Made by a program: the position numbers and the translations under genes. Below are positions 39,601 to 48,600 of a stretch of DNA of 64,000 nt, piece after piece. The notes under the pieces were generated by a model. It was not told where the DNA came from and made no database searches. It worked only from the letters and a program-made list of their open reading frames with translations. Positions within the stretch are counted from its first letter, which is position 1. The number at the start of each line of letters is the position of its first letter. This DNA is from Dehalococcoidia bacterium (GTDB lineage Bacteria > Chloroflexota > Dehalococcoidia > Plut-88900), in contig OZ240215.1 of assembly GCA_965197585.1 (NCBI GenBank), forward strand, positions 192,001 to 256,000, read 5' to 3'.

Positions 39601-42600
39601 GGCAACACGGGGCAGCCCGGCGACGCCGGCCATGACCTGGGCTTGGCCGGCGCAAAGAGGGCCCAGGCGTTCACCACCGGGACCAGCAGAGCCGGGTATT
39701 CGCTGGCGTCCGTCGGGATCGAGTTCGGCGACGTCTCGGACACGTCGTCCGCGCCGTCCGACCTCGAGGTGACGCTCAACGCGGACGGCGGCGGCGTCCC
39801 GGGCGACGCTCTCTGCACGCTGATCGCCCCGGCGAGCCTGTTCGAGCGGAGCGTGAACACCTTCGCCGCTCCGGCCTCGGGGACGACCTGCCCGGTTCTC
39901 GAGAAAGAGACGACCTACTTCGTGGTCGTCGAAAGGGTCCGCGTCACCGGTTCCGGCGCCATCGCTGTCAGTGGAACGGTGAGCGGCTCCGAAGACACGG
40001 GAGCCGCGGAGGGGTGGTCCATCGCGGACGGAAGCGCGACATATTCTCCTCAGGCCGCCGCTCAGGGATGGGTCTACGACGCGTTTTCCTACAAGATCGA
40101 GGTGCGCGGCTCCTTCATCAACAACCCGGCTACCGGCGAGCCGACGATCGCGGGCACGCCGCAGGTTAAGCGAACCCTCGCCGTGGCGGTCTCCGACGTG
40201 TCGGATGAGGACGGGCTGTCCAACGTTTCTTACAGCTACCAGTGGATTGCCGGAGGGTTGGACATCGCCGGAGCCACCGGCTCCAGCTACACGCTCACGT
40301 CCAACGAGCAGGGCAAGCGGATCAAGGTGCAGGTGGCGTTCGTCGACGACCGTGGCAATCATGAAACGCTGACCAGCGAGGCCACGCCATCGGTCCAGGC
40401 GCCGGATCGGCCCGGAACCGTTTCGCTCTTTCCGGCGCGGCCGAGGGTCGGGATGGTGGTCAGCGCCGCGCTGAGCGATCCCGACGGCCTCCAGGGCGGC
40501 GGTTCGGGCCCTGCGGCATCTTCGGGCGCGGTTTCGTGGAGCTGGGCCAGGTCTCCTGATGGAAACGACTGGACCCGCATCGAGGCCTACGGCGAAGGAG
40601 ACAGCTACGTTCCAACCGAAGAAGACGAAGGGATGCTGCTCAAGGCCGAGGCGTCGTACACCGACGGGCACGGCTCAGGCAAGTCCGCTCAGGCCGTTTC
40701 GTCCGCTGGCGTGGGTGCCCGCGAACCGGTTCCGGAGTTGACGGTGACGGTAATCGTCACGGGCCTGTCCCACCCCTGGGGCATCGATTTCACCCCCGAC
40801 GGGACGATGCTGTTCACCCAGCGCGCCGGCGTGCTGAACGCGAGGCTGACCGACGGCACCGTCAAGCGGGTCGACGCGGATCTCGGAGATCTGCTCGTCG
40901 ACGGGTTCGCCGGCCTGCAGGCGCTGGCCGTGGACCCGGACTTTACGACCAACCGGCGGTTCTACACGCTCCAGGGGCGCGCCGGACGCGAGATGCAGGT
41001 GATCGCCTGGACGATCGATGCGGACTACGACGAGGCCACACGCGTCGTCGATCCCCTGGTAAAGGGAATACCGATCGGGCCCGGGCCCTGGCACTCGGGA
41101 GGCCGGCTGCTATTCGGTCCGGAGGGATATCTATGGATCGCGACCGGCGACGGGCGGGTGGTAACGGGCGCGCAGGACCTGACGTCCCTGGGCGGCAAGG
41201 TCCTGCGCGTAGACCCGCGGACGGGCGCTGGGGCGCCTGGCAATCCGTTCGTATCTTCCGAACTGGTGTATGCCTACGGCTTCCGCAACCCCCAGGGCCT
41301 GGCTCTGCGCCCGGGCACGGACCAGATGTGGCTGGTGGAGCACGGCCCGAAACACGACGACGAGATCAACCTGCTGAAAGCAGGCGGCAACTTCGGCTGG
41401 GATCCGGACCCGGCCGGCGGATCGTCGGGCTCCTACCACGAGGCCGGCGTCCCCATGACCGACCTGGAGAAGTACCCATCCGCCCGCCAGGCCAGATGGT
41501 CCTCGGGATTCCCCACCCTGGCAACCAGCGGGGCCGTTTTCCTGGATGGCCCCCAATGGGGGGAGTGGGAAGGGCGACTCGCGGTGGCTACGCTCAATGC
41601 GAAGTCGCTGCGGGTCTTCGAGTTCACCGAACAGGGCGATTTCGCGGGTCAGATCGTCGTTCCGGAGCTCGATGGCAGCCACGGCCAGTTGCGGACCCCG
41701 GTGCTCGGCCCCGACGGGGCGCTGTACATCGCCACCTCCAACGCACCCGGCGTCGACAGGATTCTCAGGGTGGCCGCCAACAGTGCCGCGACGGGAGCGC
41801 CCGTCATCAGCGGCACCGTTGAAGTCGGCGAATCGCTGACGGCGGTCGTGTCCGGGATCGCCGACCCCGACGGGCTCGACGATGCTGCGTTCAGTTTCCA
41901 GTGGGCCCGCAGCCACTACGGGAGCAATTTCTCCGACATCGAAGGAGCGACGGCTTCGACCTACACCCTGGTTATGGCTGACCTTGGCAAGACTATCAAC
42001 GTGCGGGTGTCGTTCTATGACGACGGAGGCAGCCTGGAGGCGCTGACCAGTCAGAGGACGGTCAAGGTATCAGTCGTGGCATGTACGGTCGGCGAGCATG
42101 CCCCTGCGGCAACGGCGGTAGAGGTAGAAGCCGTTCCCGCTATCGTCGAGTCCACCACCGAGGAATACTTCGTGCTCTACGTGCGGCCCGCCCTGAGCTC
42201 CGAACGAGAGTTCCCGATCTCGGTGACCCTGGGCGAAGACGGCACAACAACGCTGACCGAGCAGCTGTCCCCGCTCCCCAAGGAGCATTACCGGGTGGAG
42301 AAGTTCCTCATCGCCGACCCGGCCGACATCGACAACGACTGCATCGACGACATCACCGAATTGGGGGACCCGGTGGGGATGAACCCGCTGAACCCCGCGC
42401 GGGCGGTCCCTTTTCGTGATGGCGCTGTGGCCATTCCAGACCGTGAGACATTCGAGGCGCTTTCCTACAAGGGCAGAGACGTTCCCTATCACCGTCATCT
42501 CCAGGACCTGGAGTTTGTCAAGTTCTACATTATCGGCTCGTCTGCCGAGAACATGGGTGTCTATTTCATTAACACCGAGACCCACCGAATACATCCCGAT

Positions 42601-45600
42601 TTCGGGGATGCAATCGGTCTCTGGAACGATCCGCTCTGGGGACAGGGGTACATGGGCGGCGAGATCATATACCATCCCAATGTGGTTGCTCCCGATGGTT
42701 CCCTGGGCGTCTACCGCTATCAGTTCCAGCCTATGGACGTATACTCCTTCGGCGCTGTGGCCCGTTCGTATGAGGCGCTTGCTGCCAGCATGCCGCTGCT
42801 TGATAACAACTTTGCCTACTATCCGATGCCGAGGAGAGCCCTGCCGCTCTATCACAGAGAACGGGCCCTCTACGATGATTCCCGGATCAATGTGGTGTTG
42901 AGAGAGGACATCCTGCCAGATGTTCCATTTATCCCCCTCAACGTTGGGGAGGGGTACGGTTTCCTCAGGCTCATGTCGTTGGAGGAACGCCCCGACCCGC
43001 GCGACGTGGTGATCTACGAGACTATCCCCAACGAGCTTTCCCGGGTCGTCGGCCTCATCACCACCGTACCCCAGACACCGCTTTCCCACGTCAACCTGCG
43101 GGCCGTCCAGGACGGTGTCCCCAACGCCTTCATTCGCGACGCTCTCGACGAGGGCGACATCAATGATCTCATCGGCAGATATGTCCACTACAGCATCACG
43201 GCGGACGGCTACTCCATCCGCGCCGCCACTCCCGCCGAAGTCGAGGCCTACTTCGCCGCTTCGCGCCCTCTCGGAACCCAGACGCCGGAACGGGACCTCA
43301 CAGTCACCCAGATCACCGACCTGGACGACATCGGCTTCGACGACTGGAACGCTTTCGGCGTAAAGGCGGCCAACGTGGCCGTGCTGCGGACGCTGGGTTT
43401 TCCTGACGGAACCGTCCCCCACGGGTTCGCGGTGCCCTTCTACTTCTACGACGAGTTCATGAAATACAACGGGTTCTATGACGACGTGGAGGAGATGCTG
43501 GCCGACCCGGAGTTCCAGTCGGACTATGACACCCAGGAGAAAGAACTCAAGAAACTGCGCAAGAAGATCAAGAAGGGGGAAACGCCCGACTGGATCATCA
43601 CAGCACTGGAGGAGATGCACGCCACCTACGCCGAAGGGCAATCCCTGCGCTACCGGTCGAGCACAAACAACGAGGATCTGCCGGGCTTCAGTGGCGCTGG
43701 GCTGTACGACTCAAAGACCCAGGACCCGGAGGAGACGGAGGAGGACGGTATCGACAAGTCCATCAAAGGGGTGTGGGCCAGCCTGTGGAACTTCCGGGCA
43801 TTCACTGAACGCGAGTTCCACCGCATCGACCACATAGAGACGGCCATGGGGGTCCTGGTGCATCCCAACTACTCGGACGAGCTGGCCAACGGCGTGGCCG
43901 TCAGCTTCGACCCTATCTACGGAACGGAGGGGAGCTACTACGTCAACACGCAACTCGGGGAGGACCTGGTCACCAATCCCGACGCACACTCGGTGCCCGA
44001 GGAAATCCTGTTGGACCTGTCCGGTTCATACACCACCCTGGTGACCTCCAACCAGGTGGCAGGAGGACAACTCCTCATGAGCGATGCTCAAATTGGCCAG
44101 TTGAGCCGGCATCTCCAGGACATCCATGACCATTTCGAGGGTCTGTACAACCCCGGACCCGACGAACCCTTTGCAATGGAGATCGAGTTCAAGATCACCA
44201 GCGACGACGTCCTGTCCATCAAACAGGCCCGCCCCTGGGTGTTTGACGCAACTAACGCCGGACCACCGCAGGAAGAGCCGATATGGTCCGCGACCCTTAC
44301 GGTGGGGACCGCAGAGAACTTCGCCGGCTACACGACATTCGTGGCCTCGCCGGAAACCAACACCCTGGGCGCACTCTCGTCGGACACCATCACTCTGGAT
44401 GGTGTCAGCTACACCGTGAAGGCCCTGGCGGTTCGGGACGGCGAGTTGATCCTCTCCGTGACGCCAAAGCTGGCTGCAGGTTTTGTGCTGGTTGCGGGGA
44501 CATCTGAATTCGCCTCCACCGATGCATCTACCCTGGAAACGGACTCTCTCTTGCAGTTCTACTGGAATAACCCAGGACTGGACTGGTCCGAGGAGGAAGA
44601 GGTCGCTGTCAGACTAACTGAGCCGAACGATAACGACCCGGCCACGGGAGCGCCCACGATCACTGGAACTTCGCAGGTGGACCAGACGTTGACGACGGAC
44701 ACCTGGGCCATTACCGACGAAGACGGGCTGACCAACGTTTCCTACAGCTACCAGTGGATCAGGAGCGACGGCAACACCGACACCGACATAGCGGGAGAGA
44801 CGGACTCGACCTACACGCTGGTCCGCGCCGACGAGGGCAAGACCATCAAGGTGCGGGTGAGCTTCACCGACGACGCCGACAATGCCGAGACGCTGACCAG
44901 CGCGGCGACGGGGGTGGTTGAGGCCAAGCCCAACACCCTGGCCACGGGAACGCCCACGATCACTGGAACGGCCCAGGTGGGAGAGACGCTGACGGTCCTC
45001 ACCAACGGGATCGCCGACGAAGACGGGCTGACCAATGTTCTCTACAGCTACCAGTGGATCAGGAGCGACGGCAACGCCGACACCGACATAGCGGGAGAGA
45101 CGGACTCGACCTATACGCTGGTCCGCGCCGACGAGGGCAAGACCATCAAGGTGGGGGTGAACTTCACCGACGACGCCGATAACGCCGAGACGCTGACCAG
45201 CGCAGCGACGGGGGTGGTTGAGGCCAAGCCCAACACCCCGGCGACGGGAGCGCCCACGATCACTGGAACTTCGCAGGTGGACCAGACGTTGACGGCGGAC
45301 ACCTGGGCCATTGCCGACGAAGACGGGCTGACCAACGTTTCCTACAGCTACCAGTGGATCAGGAGCGACGGCAACACCGACACCGACATAGCGGGAGAGA
45401 CGGACTCGACCTACACGCTGGTCCGCGCCGACGAGGGCAAGACCATCAAGGTAGGGGTGAGCTTCACCGACGACGCCGACAATGCCGAGACGCTGACCAG
45501 CGCGGCGACGGGGGTGGTTGAGGCCAAGCCCAACACCCTGGCCACGGGAACGCCCACGATCACTGGAACGGCCCAGGTGGGAGAGACGCTGACGGTCCTC

Positions 45601-48600
45601 ACCAACGGGATCGCCGACGAAGACGGGCTGACCAATGTTCTCTACAGCTACCAGTGGATCAGGAGCGACGGCAACGCCGACACCGACATAGCGGGAGAGA
45701 CGGACTCGACCTATACGCTGGTCCGCGCCGACGAGGGCAAGACCATCAAGGTGGGGGTGAACTTCACCGACGACGCCGATAACGCCGAGACGCTGATTAG
45801 CGCGGCGACGGGGGTGGCGTCCCGCTCCGACAAGCCGGTGGCGGATGGGTCGACCCCGGTGTGGTCGGCGGACATGTCTGTGGTGGATCTCGGTAACGGC
45901 TCCATTGGCGCCGTCAGCGCCAATCTCTTTTCGAACCAAGAAGGCAGTGCGGGTCTTCAGGCAAAGTGGCTGTGGTACTACAGCCCGGGGCGTTATATAC
46001 GCCTGTCATTTACGGATGTTGTACCCAGTGGGGAGGAACTGACGCTAGAGATCGGAGATGTGGCCCTGACGTTGCAGGCGGGAGATTCGGCCTTCACCTG
46101 GGAGGAGGTCGACGTCGATTGGGAGGACGGTCAGGTCATTCCAGTGCGCATCGTCCCGACGTCGGAGACAGCGGTGTCCCAGCCCAACACCCCGGCGACA
46201 GGAGGGCCGACCATCAGTGGAACGGCCCAGGTGGACCAGACGCTGTCCGTGGACACGTCTAACATCGCCGACCAGGACGGGCTGAACAACGTTTCCTACA
46301 GCTACCAGTGGATCAGGAGCGACGGCAACACCGACACCGACATAGCGGAAGAGACGGACCCGACCTACATCCTAGTCCCCGCCGACGAGGGCAAGACCAT
46401 CAAGGTGCGGGTGAGCTTCACCGACGAAGCAGACCACGAGGAGACGCTGACCGGCAATCCGACCAGGCCAGTGACTGCGGCACCCAACCGTCACGCGACG
46501 GGCAAGCCCACCATTGGCGGGACGCCCCAGGTGGACCAGACGCTGACCGCGGACACGTCTAACATCGCCGACCATGACGGGCTGAACAACGTCTCTTACA
46601 GCTACCAGTGGATCGCCGGAGGTACGGACATTGATGGGGCCACCGGGTCCACCTACACCCTGACTGCCAGTGAGCAGGGGCAGACCATCCGGGTTCGTGT
46701 GACGTTCACCGACGACCGGGACAACGCCGAGACCCTGACCAGCGTGGCGACTGTGGCCGTTGTTGCAGCGCCCAACCGCGAGGCCACGGGCCACCCCGCC
46801 ATCGGCGGGACGCCCCAGGTGGACCAGACGCTGACCGCGGACACGTCTAACATCGCCGACCAGGACGGGCTGAACAACGTCTCTTACAGCTACCAATGGA
46901 TGGCCGGAGGTTCGGACATTGATGGGGCCACCGGGTCCACCTACACCCTGACTGCCAGCGAGCAGGGGCAGACCGTACAGGTGAAGGTGACGTTCACTGA
47001 CGACCGGAACAACGCCGAGACCCTGACCAGCGTGGCGACTGTGGCCGTTGCTGTAGCGCCCAACCGAGAGGCCACGGGCCAGCCCACCATCGACGGGACG
47101 CCCCAGGTGGGAGAGACACTAACGGCGGATACGGCAAACATCGCCGACCAGGACGGGCTGAATAACGTGTCCTACAGCTACCAGTGGATCGCTGGAGGTA
47201 CGGACATCGTCGGGGCCACCGGCTCGAGCTACGAGCTTACGTCCAGCGAGCAGGGGCAGCCCATCCAGGTCCGGGTGACTTTCACCGACGATGCCGATAA
47301 CGAGGAGACGCTTATAAGCGCTGCAACGGAGGTGGTGCAGCAGGGTGGTAACGCCTGGTCCGCCACTATCACCGTGGGGACAAGAGATGGATACACAGGG
47401 TATTCGTACTGGGGCGATCCCGGCCTGGGGTCCCTGTCGGCCACCGAGGCCGAATGGGACGGCAAGACCCACTACGTCAGGTACATCTTTCTCAAGGATG
47501 GAGAGCTCTGGCTTGGCCTGAACAACGAGATGTTCTCCACCGGCTTCGTGCTGTCGGTTGGGGACGAGGAGTTCGGTTCGGCGGACGCCTTGGTGGATAG
47601 GAGTGGCGGTGCGTCCTACAGATTCCGGTGGGATGACCGGGGATTGGGCTGGTCGGATGGGGAGGAAGTGTCGGTGAACCTCCTGCAGTCCGACCAGAAT
47701 ACCCCGGCCCTGGGCGCGCCGACCATCAGCGGAACGGCACAGGTGGACGAGACACTGACTGCGGATACCTCTGGCGTTGAGGACGCGGACGGGTTGACCA
47801 ACGTGTCGTACAGCTACCAGTGGATGGCTGACGGCGTGGACATTCAGGACGCGACCAGTTCCACCCACAAGCTCGTATTCCCCGACCGGGGCAAGAGCAT
47901 CAAGGTGAAGGTGTCCTTCACCGACGACCGGGACAACGCCGATACCCTTACCAGCGCGGCGACTGTGGTCGTTGTTGCAGCGCCCAACCGCGAGGCCATG
48001 GGATATCCCACCATCACCGGAATGCCCCAGGTGGGACAGACCCTGACGGCGGACACTTCGCCAATCGCCGACCGCGACGGGCTGAACAACGTCTCTTACA
48101 GCTACCAGTGGATCGGCGGAGGGTCGGACATCGATGAGGCCACAGGCTCTAACTACGAGCTTGCGTCCAGCGAGCAGGGACAGACCATCCAGGTTCGGGT
48201 GACTTTCACCGACGACCGGGACAACGCCGAGACCCTTACCAGCGCGGCAACTGTGGCCGTTGTTGCAGCGCCCGACCGTCAGGCCACGGGCCTGCCCACC
48301 ATCAGCGGTACGCTCCAGGTAGGAGAGACCCTAATGGCGGGCACGTCGGGTATTACCGACGCCGACGGGCTCACCAACGTTTCCTTCGAGTACCAGTGGA
48401 TCAGGGGCGACAGCGGTGCCGGAGCGGACATAGACGGAGCGACGGACGCCACCTACACTCTGACCGCCGGCGACCAGGGGAAGACCATCAAGGTGAAGGT
48501 GTCCTTCACCGACGACGCAGACCACGAGGAGAAGCTGACCAGCGCGGCGACGGGAGTGGTTGCGGCCAAGCCCAACACTCCGGCCATGGGAGCGCCCACC

